A stretch of DNA of 64,000 nucleotides from Candidatus Bathyarchaeota archaeon. Lineage in GTDB: Archaea > Thermoproteota > Bathyarchaeia > Bathyarchaeales > Bathycorpusculaceae. The notes under the pieces were generated by a model. It did not search any database, was not told the DNA's origin, and saw nothing but the letters and a program-made list of their open reading frames with translations. The DNA lies in assembly GCA_963815095.1 (NCBI GenBank), contig CAWFFH010000003.1:1088001-1152000 (forward strand), in the 5' to 3' direction. Positions 19,372 to 29,015 of the stretch are shown here, piece after piece (within the stretch, counting starts at the first letter, position 1; every line of letters begins with the position of its first letter). Both the position numbers and the translations under genes were made by a program.

Positions 19372-19785
19372 TTAAGCAGTAGCTTTTTTCCACTCATTCA
19401 TCAACATCTCAAAGCACTCGTCATTTTCCTCAATCGTTTCAAACCAACTAAGGTTCGCCGCAATTTTCTGTGTCAAAAGGTGGTAGCACATGTGAACTTT
19501 TTTGTCGAGGACACGGAAGTAAAAGTCGTGGCAAGTGCAGAATTCCGCTTCTGGCATAATCAAATAGTCGCGCTCTCTGCCCACCACTATCCAGACGGTT
19601 CTGCCGCTGGGCTTGAAAATGTATTTTTTTACGCGTCCTTCTTTTAGGGCTTCGAGTGCTTTTGTGAATCTGGACCCAAAAAGCTCATAGAGCTCCGTCA
19701 GATCTTCGCCGGACAGTTTGCCTGCTGTTTTCGCCTCTCGGCAAATAGCGTTTAACGTATCTATTTCCGTGTTGTCGTTAGTCAT
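19372..19785 (-). CDS. SWIM zinc-finger protein
   Basis: FCTCHDF...CYHLL (CxC...CxH); WIVVGRERDY. Confidence 0.8.
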   Translation of the reverse strand: MTNDNTEIDTLNAICREAKTAGKLSGEDLTELYELFGSRFTKALEALKEGRVKKYIFKPSGRTVWIVVGRERDYLIMPEAEFCTCHDFYFRVLDKKVHMCYHLLTQKIAANLSWFETIEENDECFEMLMNEWKKATA

Positions 19786-19834
19786 GGCAATAGCTACTCT
19801 AAGGACTAAATGGGAAGGTGGAGTTTTTAGGCTT

Positions 19835-20431
19835 TTAGTCTATATCGATTGGTTCGCCTTTGGGCTTGGTTAAAACATCGGCTTTTGGCAGAACCACTTC
19901 TAATACACCGTTTTTGTAGGTTGAGTTTGCTTCTTTAATTCTTACTTTCACTGGCAAATCAGCTTCCTTGAAGTACTTGTATTGGGGAGTATCAACGGAA
20001 ATTGTGAGGGAATCTTCTGTGCCGTGGAGCTTTATGTCCGTTTTTTCTACTCCTGGAAGCTCTACAACTACATGGATGTCTTCATTGGTTTCCATAATGT
20101 CAACGAGCGGTTCCCGTTCATCCTTAACTTGAGGGGCACCCTTCAGGTCTTTTTTGATGTTCCCAAACTCTTGGATTTCAGGTTTGCCGTCTGAGCCTAT
20201 TTTCATGCTGTAACCATAAACGAATGGTCCCATTTCCTTGACTGTGCTGCCATCTGGTAGTTTGCGTTCTTTAACATATTCCTTGGGAACTTTTTCTGTG
20301 AAGTTTTTAAGTTCTTCATCCATCATTTTTTCCATTTCACGGAACATGTCGTCTATGTTGCTGAAAGGGTCCTTGGATGGGTTGCGGCGTTTTTTGAACC
20401 ATTCCGGAGTATCCTCGTTATCTGAAGACAT
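19835..20431 (-). CDS. hsp20: Archaeal small heat-shock protein Hsp20
   Basis: GPFVYGYSM...GKPEIQEFGN, EPLVD, ELPGV, YKNGVLEV, C-terminal IxI. Confidence 0.92.
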   Translation of the reverse strand: MSSDNEDTPEWFKKRRNPSKDPFSNIDDMFREMEKMMDEELKNFTEKVPKEYVKERKLPDGSTVKEMGPFVYGYSMKIGSDGKPEIQEFGNIKKDLKGAPQVKDEREPLVDIMETNEDIHVVVELPGVEKTDIKLHGTEDSLTISVDTPQYKYFKEADLPVKVRIKEANSTYKNGVLEVVLPKADVLTKPKGEPIDID

Positions 20432-20786
20432 ACAGTCACCGTCTTAAAGGTGGGTTTTCAATCCAATAAATTTATTGTAACAAAACTTATCAATTAGATG
20501 AAAGCCAAAGGGTTTTGAACTTGTTTTTTTTTAAGAAGCCTTTCGATTGTTTTTGATATTTTAATTGCTTCAAAGCCATCAATTTAAAACTTATACGTTA
20601 GGTTTCACCATGGAATTTCGACATAAATTTGTTTTCTCTCTTTTTGTTGTTGCTACGCGAACCCACATAGATATATTAGCGTTCTTGAGAGAAAATTAAA
20701 TAGGCGAGCCAAAATTCTTTAGTTATTTTTGCGTATGAATTTTTCCGGGCTTGCATTTAGGTTAAACTAAGTTTGGTGACTTAAAA

Positions 20787-20909
20787 TTGACTCAAATGAA
20801 AGTTGCAGTTAAGCAAACCTACGATCCTGTTGATGAAATCATGTTTGAAGCTGCATTAGTGGCTAATGCGAAAGAAACAAAAACCAAACAAAAAGAATAC
20901 ATCAGTTGA
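20787..20909 (+). CDS. 40-aa small hypothetical protein (not in ORF track)
   Basis: GGTGA SD at 20775-20779, TTG start; MTQMKVAVKQTYDPVDEIMFEAALVANAKETKTKQKEYIS*. Confidence 0.5.
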   Translation: MTQMKVAVKQTYDPVDEIMFEAALVANAKETKTKQKEYIS

Positions 20910-21013
20910 TCTGAGAAAAATTTTTGCCAATAACAATTTTACGATTACCAAGTTTAGGGCGGCATGACTTTCTCAGAAACAATTTTACAGATAGTTGGTT
21001 TTTTGCAGCCTCT

Positions 21014-21350
21014 TCAAACTTCGAATTCCCATAACCACAATGAAGTGATTAACACGAATGCCACCCAAATCGATACAATCAATGTACGAAAACGTTTAAT
21101 CTTAAATCCAGAATTTGAGGTTGCCAAAGTTAGTTTGGCTGTTCTCGTGAACAACGTAAAGGTTGGAAAAGGTGTGAGGGCGTCTACGAGGATGCTTGTT
21201 TGTTTATCCAAATAATAAGTAGTTTCGTGAGTGCTAGCTGACACTATGGTTCGCACTTTTCCGCTGACTTGTAGTTGCCATGTGATTGTAAGGGTTATGT
21301 GACCATATATTTACGATAGAATTGGTCCTCGATATTGAGATTTACGGATG
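21014..21350 (-). pseudogene. Probable remnant of a secreted, C-terminally membrane-anchored protein
   Basis: Beta-rich YGHITLT...RTIVSASTHETTYYLDKQTSILV followed by a hydrophobic tail; upstream part broken by a stop or frameshift. Confidence 0.35.
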
Positions 21351-21565
21351 AAGAAGCATAGAAAAGTTTTGAACTATAGTATTTGTGTTTCATCTAAAAT
21401 CAATGCCCAGTTTGGGTTGAATTAAAGTTACTGTTTGCAATAGAAAATTGGTAAGTTGCTTTTTCTAAAGCTTCATTGGTTGCAGAAACGTATTATGATT
21501 CCTTAAAGGTTTAAATGAAGGAAAACAAACTAAAAAGACACGGCTAGAAAAAAACTGTGGTAATT

Positions 21566-21673
21566 GCCGGGGTAGCCTAGCCTGGCTAGGGCGCCAGACT
21601 CATAATCTGGAGAGTCAAAGGGCCAAGCGCCTTAACCCAGAAGTCGCGGGCTCGAATCCCGCCCCCGGCACCA
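21566..21673 (+). tRNA. tRNA-Met(CAU), elongator type, with 30-nt intron in the variable region (about 21613-21642) and encoded CCA
   Basis: GCCGGGG/CCCCGGC acceptor stem, CCAGA-CTCATAA-TCTGG anticodon arm, GCGGG-CTCGAAT-CCCGC T arm; CTGG/CCAG helix with two 3-nt bulges. Confidence 0.92.
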
Positions 21674-21721
21674 CTTTTTAAATAGGCTTTATCATATTTG
21701 TGGCAAGTTGGTTTGAATTCG

Positions 21722-23350
21722 ATGGTTGCTGAAGATAAGCCTTGGTTCAAATTTTGGCCTGCTGATGTACCAAAGAGCATAAAATATCCTGCAATACCTC
21801 TTCATGCGCTCTTGCAAGCGACCGCAGAAAAATACCCTCAAAAGTTTGCTTTAGCGTACAGTGGCAACAAAATTGATTATTCGCATCTGGATATGTTTTC
21901 AAACCAGTTTGCCCATGCTTTAGAAAAATTGGAAATAACCAAAGGCGACCGCGTTGCGCTTTTTCTACCCAACATCCCCCAGTTTGTAATCGCGTATTTT
22001 GGGGTTCTTAAAGCAGGCGGGGTTGTTACAACGATTAGTCCTCTGCATCGGGGACGGGAAGTCGAGTACCAACTTAGCGATTCAGGCGCCCAAACCATAG
22101 TTGCTTTGGATTCGCTGTATCCCATTGTGGAGAAAGTTAGGGAAAAAACCAATCTAAAACAAATAATAATCACAGGTTTAGAAGATTATGGTTCCGAAAA
22201 TATCTCTTCTTCAAGCATTCCAAATACTTTGTTTTTCAAGCAATTACTGAAAAACATCCCTGTAGAAGATCCAAACGTTAAGATTAATCCATATGAAGAC
22301 TTAGCAGCACTCCAGTACACTGGTGGCACCACAGGAACAGCGAAAGGTGCAATGCTTACCCACGCAAACCTCGTTTCAAATGCTCTTGCATTTGCGGCTT
22401 GGATAAAAGGCGTCGCAACCCAAGAAACCTTCCTATCTGCATTGCCACTGTTCCACATATATGGAATGACAACAAGTATGACCGTACCCATCAGTTTAGC
22501 AGCAAATATGGTCTTAATGCCAAAATTTGAGCCAACAAAAGTTTTGGAAACCATACAAACACAAAAAGTTACAGTTTTCTGTGGCGTCCCAACTATGTAC
22601 TCAGCATTGCTTGTTAATCCGAACCTTGGTAAATATGACTTAACCTCGATTCGGGTTTGCATTTCGGGCGCTTCCTCTCTTGCTCCCCAAATCCAAAAGA
22701 AGTTCATGGAAGTTACAGGAGGCTTCCTTGCAGAAGGGTATGGCTTGACTGAGGCATCGCCGGTAACGCATTGTACTCCTGTGGATAAATCGATGCTGAC
22801 GGTCAGGGTTGGTTCAATTGGGTTCCCGCTGCCAGACACCGACGCCAAAATTATTGACTTAGAAACAGGGGAAAAAGTTCTTGCTGTAGGTGAAGCGGGA
22901 GAGTTAGCAGTGAAAGGATTGCAGGTTATGAAGGGGTACTGGCACAAGCTAGAGGAAACCGATTTGGTACTGCGGGACGGGTGGCTTTTAACAGGCGACA
23001 TAGCACACATGGATGATGACGGTTATTTCTACATTACAGACCGTAAAAAAGACCTAATCAAGACAAAAGACTACAGCGTCTACCCAAGAGAAATTGAAGA
23101 TCTTCTTTACGAGCATGCAGCCATAAAACTCTGCGCGGTCGTGGGCAAACCCGACCCATTGGCAGGTGAGGTTCCAAAAGCCTACATAGTGCTCAAAGAA
23201 GGCAGGAGAGCATCCGCCGAGGAAATAATGTTTTTCGTCAATGGCAAAGTGGCACCCTACAAGGCAATCCGTGAAGTCGAATTCAGAAAAGAACTGCCCA
23301 TCAGCTCAGCAGGCAAAGTCCTTAAGCGAATGCTCCAAGAAAAACCTTAA
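21722..23350 (+). CDS. Long-chain-fatty-acid--CoA ligase
   Basis: YTGGTTGTAKG, EGYGLTEAS, WLLTGD, GKVLKR AMP-binding motifs. Confidence 0.9.
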   Translation: MVAEDKPWFKFWPADVPKSIKYPAIPLHALLQATAEKYPQKFALAYSGNKIDYSHLDMFSNQFAHALEKLEITKGDRVALFLPNIPQFVIAYFGVLKAGGVVTTISPLHRGREVEYQLSDSGAQTIVALDSLYPIVEKVREKTNLKQIIITGLEDYGSENISSSSIPNTLFFKQLLKNIPVEDPNVKINPYEDLAALQYTGGTTGTAKGAMLTHANLVSNALAFAAWIKGVATQETFLSALPLFHIYGMTTSMTVPISLAANMVLMPKFEPTKVLETIQTQKVTVFCGVPTMYSALLVNPNLGKYDLTSIRVCISGASSLAPQIQKKFMEVTGGFLAEGYGLTEASPVTHCTPVDKSMLTVRVGSIGFPLPDTDAKIIDLETGEKVLAVGEAGELAVKGLQVMKGYWHKLEETDLVLRDGWLLTGDIAHMDDDGYFYITDRKKDLIKTKDYSVYPREIEDLLYEHAAIKLCAVVGKPDPLAGEVPKAYIVLKEGRRASAEEIMFFVNGKVAPYKAIREVEFRKELPISSAGKVLKRMLQEKP

Positions 23351-23562
23351 CTGCTCTTTTTTCTCCTCCAAACTTTGAAGGCAACTTTTTCGCCTATCCA
23401 AGCAAAAAACAGTAAAACAAAAAATGGACCCAAAAAAAGCCCGAAAACAAAATCGTTGTTATTGGTTGCTGCTTTCCCCAAGATATCTGGATAGAGCATT
23501 ATGCCTGCTATGACTAAAACACTTGTCAAAACAAACGCCATAGCGAAGGTTAGAGCCTTCAT
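23347..23562 (-). CDS. Small two-TM membrane protein
   Basis: Two hydrophobic segments and a basic C-terminus. Confidence 0.55.
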   Translation of the reverse strand: MKALTFAMAFVLTSVLVIAGIMLYPDILGKAATNNNDFVFGLFLGPFFVLLFFAWIGEKVAFKVWRRKKSS

Positions 23563-23671
23563 TTACCATCAAATATCTTCTGTTAAGCTTGTCTGTTTTA
23601 AATGTTGTCAAAAATTGCTTCGAAATGTATAAGAGAAAACCTCGAGCATGAATTAGGTTAAGGCTTCGTCT

Positions 23672-25954
23672 TTGCGTGTAAAAGTTGCTGTCTCAGGTAT
23701 TGTTCAAGGTGTAGGTTTCCGCCCATTCATCTATCGGTTAGCGGTGCGAAACGGCTTGGCAGGGTATGTCCGAAATAGAGGGGATGCTGGGGTAGAAATC
23801 CTACTTGAGGGCAGCCAGACGGACATAAAGTGTTTTATGCGTGATTTAAAGGTGGAGAAGCCGCAGTTAGCCTCCATCTATGATATTAAATCAACCGAGC
23901 TTTCGGGAAGAAAAGAATACCAAAACTTCACAATTTACAAGAGTTCCACTGAGGCAGAGTCTTCCGGTTCAATCATACCTCCTGACATCGCCATTTGCAA
24001 TCAATGCCTCAAAGAACTCCGTGACCCCAAAGACTCCCGCTACGAATACTTTTTTATAACTTGCACCGACTGCGGGCCACGCTTCACAATCATTGAGAAG
24101 CTCCCGTACGACCGGGAAAACACTACTATGAAAGAGTTTCCCCTGTGTGGTTTTTGCCTCAAAGAGTATGAGGACCCAGCGAACAGGCGTTTTCATGCAC
24201 AAACCGTAGCGTGCCCAACCTGCGGACCCAAAGCATATTTGACAACAAAAAAGGGTGAAATAATCCACACCAAGGACCCTGTGAGGGAAGCTGGGAAACT
24301 GCTCTCGGAAGGCAATATCCTTGCGGTGAAAGGGTACGGTGGTTTCCATATTGCAGCTTCAACATTGATAGAGAAGCCTCTGCAAACCCTCCGTGCAACC
24401 AAGCATAGACGCGAGAAACCTTTTGCTATCATGGCAAGAAGTCTTGAAGCAACAATGGGGTTCGCCGAAGTGGGTTCAAAGGAAAAAGAACTGCTGCTTT
24501 CCCCTTCACGCCCAGTGGTGCTGTTAAACAAAAGTCTCAGTTACAACCTTTCGCCACAGGTGGCGCCTCACCTGCATAACGTGGGCGTAATGCTACCTTA
24601 CACGGGCCTACACTATATGCTCTTCGACCAAGTCAACGACCCAGCATACGTAATGACCAGCGCCAACCCGCCAAACCAACCCATCGTGAGGGACAATGTA
24701 CAAGCGCTCAAAGCATTGGGCAACACTGTTGATTATTTCCTGTTTCATAATCGCGAGATTGCGCATCGCTGTGACGATTCAGTACTGCGTGTCCATGGCG
24801 ACTACCAAGTGTTCCTTAGACGAAGCCGAGGTTACGCTCCTGCACCAATAAGGCTTAAACAAAAATCCAAACGCTGCGTTGTCGCCTTAGGCGGCGAACT
24901 TAACAATACTTCCTGTGTTCTGTTGGATGATAAAGCTTTTATCAGCCAGTATATCGGCGATGTCGAAAACGTTGAAACTCGCAGCTTCCTACAAGAAGCA
25001 ACTAATCATCTTCAGCTTTTGACCAACTGTAAGAGCGAGATGGTTGCTTGCGATTTGCATCCCAAGTTCACCACAACCAACTTGGCTAAGGCGATGGCTG
25101 AGGCTAATGGTTCGTTGGTGGTTCAAGTCCAGCATCACCATGCTCATGCGGCAGCTTTGATGGCGGAACACAGTTTGGATGAAGCGGTCAGCATTGTTTG
25201 CGATGGTTACGGCTACGGCACGGATGGTGAAGCGTGGGGTGGTGAGGTCCTTTTCTGTGCGCATAAATCAGCCGAGTTCAAAAGGCTTGGGCATTTGAAG
25301 ACTCAACCTTTGCTGGGCGGCGACTTAGCGAGTCGATATCCCGTGCGTGTGGCGGTTGGGATGCTTGGCAAGGTAGGAGTAAACGTTGAAGAATGGCTCT
25401 CAAAGAACAACCAGCATTTGCCTTATGGCGAGCCCGAAGCCAAACTTATACTAAGCCAACTCCAAAAAGGTGTAGGTATCATTGAGACTACGAGTTGCGG
25501 GCGAGTTTTGGATGCGATTGCCGTAGTTTTAGGAGTTTGTTTTGAGCGAACATACGAGGGAGAATTAGCAATGAAACTAGAATCTACAGCTTTAGCTGGC
25601 ACGGACCTTTTGAAGCTAGAACCTCAACTACAAGGAGATGTTTTGGATACTTCTTACCTGATTGGTTCAATTTATGACAGTTTGGGCACGGTTTCTGCTG
25701 CAGATTTAGCTTATTCTGCCCACGTTTACCTTGCCAAAGGCTTAGGGCAACTGGCAATTCAGGCTGCAAATGAGAAAAACTTGAAGAATGTGGGTTTTTC
25801 AGGCGGCGCCGCGTGCAACCAAATCCTTGCCCATCTCATGCGCGAAACTGTTGAATCTGCTGGTTTGAGGTTCTTTGTCCACAAATCTGTCCCCGCTGGA
25901 GACGGCGGAATCTCGTTTGGTCAAGCAGTTGTCGCTGGGTTTTCGAAGTTTTAG
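23672..25954 (+). CDS. hypF: Carbamoyltransferase HypF
   Basis: GIVQGVGFRPF, CxxC zinc fingers, RRSRGYAP, QHHHAH, GDGGISFGQ. Confidence 0.96.
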   Translation: MRVKVAVSGIVQGVGFRPFIYRLAVRNGLAGYVRNRGDAGVEILLEGSQTDIKCFMRDLKVEKPQLASIYDIKSTELSGRKEYQNFTIYKSSTEAESSGSIIPPDIAICNQCLKELRDPKDSRYEYFFITCTDCGPRFTIIEKLPYDRENTTMKEFPLCGFCLKEYEDPANRRFHAQTVACPTCGPKAYLTTKKGEIIHTKDPVREAGKLLSEGNILAVKGYGGFHIAASTLIEKPLQTLRATKHRREKPFAIMARSLEATMGFAEVGSKEKELLLSPSRPVVLLNKSLSYNLSPQVAPHLHNVGVMLPYTGLHYMLFDQVNDPAYVMTSANPPNQPIVRDNVQALKALGNTVDYFLFHNREIAHRCDDSVLRVHGDYQVFLRRSRGYAPAPIRLKQKSKRCVVALGGELNNTSCVLLDDKAFISQYIGDVENVETRSFLQEATNHLQLLTNCKSEMVACDLHPKFTTTNLAKAMAEANGSLVVQVQHHHAHAAALMAEHSLDEAVSIVCDGYGYGTDGEAWGGEVLFCAHKSAEFKRLGHLKTQPLLGGDLASRYPVRVAVGMLGKVGVNVEEWLSKNNQHLPYGEPEAKLILSQLQKGVGIIETTSCGRVLDAIAVVLGVCFERTYEGELAMKLESTALAGTDLLKLEPQLQGDVLDTSYLIGSIYDSLGTVSAADLAYSAHVYLAKGLGQLAIQAANEKNLKNVGFSGGAACNQILAHLMRETVESAGLRFFVHKSVPAGDGGISFGQAVVAGFSKF

Positions 25955-26005
25955 ACCAATTTGTTTTTATCGCCCTTTACAGCCTCTTCTATTGACTGAT
26001 TAGTT

Positions 26006-26230
26006 ATGTGTTTAGCAATTCCAGCCAAAATAATGAGCCTTAATGGGGCAACAGCCCATGTGGATTTTGGTCAAGGCGTTTTACGCGACGTTAACGTGTC
26101 CTTAGTTGACGCTAAGGTAGGCGAGTACGTGTTGGTTCATGCAGGTTACGCGATTCAGGTTTTAGAGGAAAAGGAAGCCTTAGAGACACTGAGTCTTTGG
26201 GAAGACGTTTTAGCTGCTGCTGGAGAATAA
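26006..26230 (+). CDS. hypC: Hydrogenase maturation chaperone HypC
   Basis: MCLAIPAK...VLVHAGYAI. Confidence 0.96.
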   Translation: MCLAIPAKIMSLNGATAHVDFGQGVLRDVNVSLVDAKVGEYVLVHAGYAIQVLEEKEALETLSLWEDVLAAAGE

Positions 26231-26246
26231 ACTGTAAGTTGAGAGC

Positions 26247-27335
26247 ATGGCACAAAACCTCAGGTTCCGAAATTCCGAATTGGCACACAGCATAGCAGAA
26301 AAAATCAAATCAGTGTCGCCCAAAAGGGGGCAAGTTAAGTTTTGCCATGTTTGTGGTACCCATGAATGGACCATAACCCACTTTGGCTTGCGAAGTTTAT
26401 TGCCGGAAAATGTTGAGGTCATCGCTGGACCCGGATGCCCAGTTTGTATTGTGCCTGCTGCAGAAATCGACGAAGCAGTGCAGTTGGCGCAAAAAGGGAT
26501 GGTGATAACATGTTTCGGCGATCTTCTCCGAGTGCCGGGAAGTCAATCCTCGCTTTTAGAAGCCAAAGCAGCTGGCGCTGACGTCAGAATTGTATATGCC
26601 GTTTCAGACGCCATTGAAATGGCTAAACGCGAGCAAACTAAACAATTTGTTTTTCACGCCGTCGGTTTCGAAACCACTGCCCCTATCACTGCGCTTGAAG
26701 CCCTCGGTGATTTGCCCAAAAACTTTAGCTTCTTGGTTTCCCATCGCTTGATTCCGCCAGCCATGGAACTTTTGCTTGGCGTCGGCGACTTGCATATTGA
26801 CGGATTCATTGCGCCCGGGCATGTAAGCGCCATTATCGGTTTGAAACCCTACGAGTTATTTACTCGAGTTTACCGGATGCCTACAGTTGTGGCAGGGTTT
26901 GAGCCCAACGACGTGTTGATGTCGCTTTACATGCTTCTAAAACAAGTCAGCGAAAGCGATGCTTTGCTGGAGAATGAATATTCTCGTGTTGTTAAGCCTG
27001 AAGGCAACCCTAAAGCGCTGGAAATGATGAGGCAAGCTTTCACGGTTACTGCTGGGAACTGGCGCGGCATCGGCAGGCTACCCGACTCAGCATTGCAGTT
27101 GCGCGAGTCACTTAAACAGTATGATGCCCGAGAAAAATTCGATGTTCACGTTAAGGAAGGAAAAGACATTAACTTTGGGTGCGAATGTCATCTGGTAATT
27201 ATTGGAAAAATCAAGCCCAAAGAATGTCCCCTCTTCATGAAAACATGCACGCCCGCAAAACCAGTTGGCGCATGCATGGTTAGCAGCGAAGGCACCTGCC
27301 GCGTATGGGCAAAAAACGAAGCTGCCCAAGCCTAA
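26247..27335 (+). CDS. hypD: Hydrogenase maturation factor HypD
   Basis: CGTHE, GPGCPVC, GFETTAP, PGHVS, CMVSSEGTC. Confidence 0.96.
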   Translation: MAQNLRFRNSELAHSIAEKIKSVSPKRGQVKFCHVCGTHEWTITHFGLRSLLPENVEVIAGPGCPVCIVPAAEIDEAVQLAQKGMVITCFGDLLRVPGSQSSLLEAKAAGADVRIVYAVSDAIEMAKREQTKQFVFHAVGFETTAPITALEALGDLPKNFSFLVSHRLIPPAMELLLGVGDLHIDGFIAPGHVSAIIGLKPYELFTRVYRMPTVVAGFEPNDVLMSLYMLLKQVSESDALLENEYSRVVKPEGNPKALEMMRQAFTVTAGNWRGIGRLPDSALQLRESLKQYDAREKFDVHVKEGKDINFGCECHLVIIGKIKPKECPLFMKTCTPAKPVGACMVSSEGTCRVWAKNEAAQA

Positions 27336-27342
27336 CTGATTG

Positions 27343-28941
27343 TTACGGAATATTCGTTTGGAAAACAAAAACTCTATACGGCAGAGTCCCAAAGACTGTT
27401 TCGTGAGTAAAATTGCCACTTACAACTAACATGTTGTATACTCCTTGAGCAGTTAAAGTTGAATTGAAGTATTCGAAACTTGTGTTTTCATCCAACATTA
27501 AATACTTGACATTTTTTTGTTCGCACAATACAACCAACTCATTAATGCTAAAGTTTGGTGTATATGAGTCGGGCGGCAAAGTGGGGTACTGCCAAACCGA
27601 GTTATTATTCGATCTATCGGCATTCAAATAAAACTGGACCATGTTAATATTGAGATTATTTACTGGACAGATAACCAAAACAGAATCATTACTGCCTAAT
27701 CCTTTAGCTACATACTGGGTGGCTTCAGGCAAAGGTATGTAAACTGATTCGTTTGCAACCCAGGTTTCCGCATCAACAATGCTGTAAACGATGGCGGCTC
27801 CCGTAAGAACTATGAGGCAACCAGCGAGAATTTTGACCGCCCATTTGCGATGAATGCTTGTATTGAAGGATCTCCAAGTTTTCTCAAATTTATTGTATAT
27901 GGCTGAAACAAAACATGCGCTTGAAACCGCTAACACTGGAAAAAGAGGCATTGCATAACGCCAAGTTCTCGAGGCTATCAAAGTGAAGAAAACGTAAACA
28001 ACAATAAACCAAACCAGGAAAAATTTGTCTTCGGGTTTTTTTCGCCAAGCAAACAGACCCAACCCCAACAACCCAAGAACAAATACAAGTATAGAAATTG
28101 GGTGAACATACTGCATTCCTTGAAAAGATATTTCCATCAAATAGAAGATTGGTTGAGGAAATCTTGCACTGTACACGTTTGCTTGGGCGTCGTTGACTTG
28201 AAGCAAATTAATCCATTGCCCTAAACCACCTGAAATAAAAATTGCTGTGAAAACTGGAATTATCATGGCTCCAGAGGCAAGGATAAAAAGCGGGAATCTT
28301 GAAAACTTTGCTTTAAATTTACTTCGGTAGAGGAGAAAAGGCAAAGTAACAAGTAACACTAATCCTGCAACGATTGCTTGATACTTAGTCAAAAACGCTA
28401 ACCCCAACACTAACCCGCATAGAAGAATAATTTTGTCTTTACCCGTATGCAACCATTCAACAAAAAGCAGCAACGTAGCCAAAAAGAAAAATTCCAGCGC
28501 CATCTCCAAAAGCGAAAGTCTAGAGAGCCAAATAAACGCCGGCATTGTCGCCATGAATATGCAAGATATGAATGCGACTCTGTGTCCGTATGTTTTTGAG
28601 GCAAGTTTAAACAAAACCCCTAGGGTAAGCAACCCAAAAACTACGGAGACCAGTCTTCCTGCCCATAAACTGGTGCCGAAAACCGCAAAGAAGCCAGCTG
28701 TAACTGCGTCGAATAAGGGTGGATAAAACGTTACGCCAAGATATTCCGTGATACGTCCTTGCGATAATAGAAGTGCTCCATATAGGTGAGGTGTTTCATC
28801 CCAAAGTATGCTTTTGTAAGCCAAATTATACAATAGCAAAAGACCACAAGTAACTGTGAAAATCAAGAATAAAATATGCCAACGCTCAAACCTAAACCTT
28901 ACTTGTTTAGACCTGATTTGAGAGAGCATTTTGTCACCCAA
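27343..28941 (-). CDS. GT39/ArnT-like (GT-C fold) glycosyltransferase
   Basis: WDETPH, YPPLF, GRLVS, LAFLTKY, RYAMPLFP; multi-TM. Confidence 0.8.
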   Translation of the reverse strand: MGDKMLSQIRSKQVRFRFERWHILFLIFTVTCGLLLLYNLAYKSILWDETPHLYGALLLSQGRITEYLGVTFYPPLFDAVTAGFFAVFGTSLWAGRLVSVVFGLLTLGVLFKLASKTYGHRVAFISCIFMATMPAFIWLSRLSLLEMALEFFFLATLLLFVEWLHTGKDKIILLCGLVLGLAFLTKYQAIVAGLVLLVTLPFLLYRSKFKAKFSRFPLFILASGAMIIPVFTAIFISGGLGQWINLLQVNDAQANVYSARFPQPIFYLMEISFQGMQYVHPISILVFVLGLLGLGLFAWRKKPEDKFFLVWFIVVYVFFTLIASRTWRYAMPLFPVLAVSSACFVSAIYNKFEKTWRSFNTSIHRKWAVKILAGCLIVLTGAAIVYSIVDAETWVANESVYIPLPEATQYVAKGLGSNDSVLVICPVNNLNINMVQFYLNADRSNNNSVWQYPTLPPDSYTPNFSINELVVLCEQKNVKYLMLDENTSFEYFNSTLTAQGVYNMLVVSGNFTHETVFGTLPYRVFVFQTNIP

Positions 28942-29015
28942 GCGACTCTAACCTCGCCTGGTCATTATATTAATATTTGCAGAAAACTGGAGACAATCTC
29001 TCTTTGTCTGATTTG

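Noticed and set aside
20964-21215. 83-aa plus-strand ORF
   Set aside because: Overlaps a more protein-like minus-strand remnant and has no recognisable motifs.
21566-21673. tRNA as an integration site, or as tRNA-Ile2 or initiator Met
   Set aside because: No integrase or duplicated tRNA 3' end was seen in the window; the GCCGGGG acceptor stem fits elongator Met.
22186-23010. Long antisense ORFs (also 2558-3166, 50779-51459, 37591-37965 and others)
   Set aside because: They are shadows of well-supported genes on the opposite strand.
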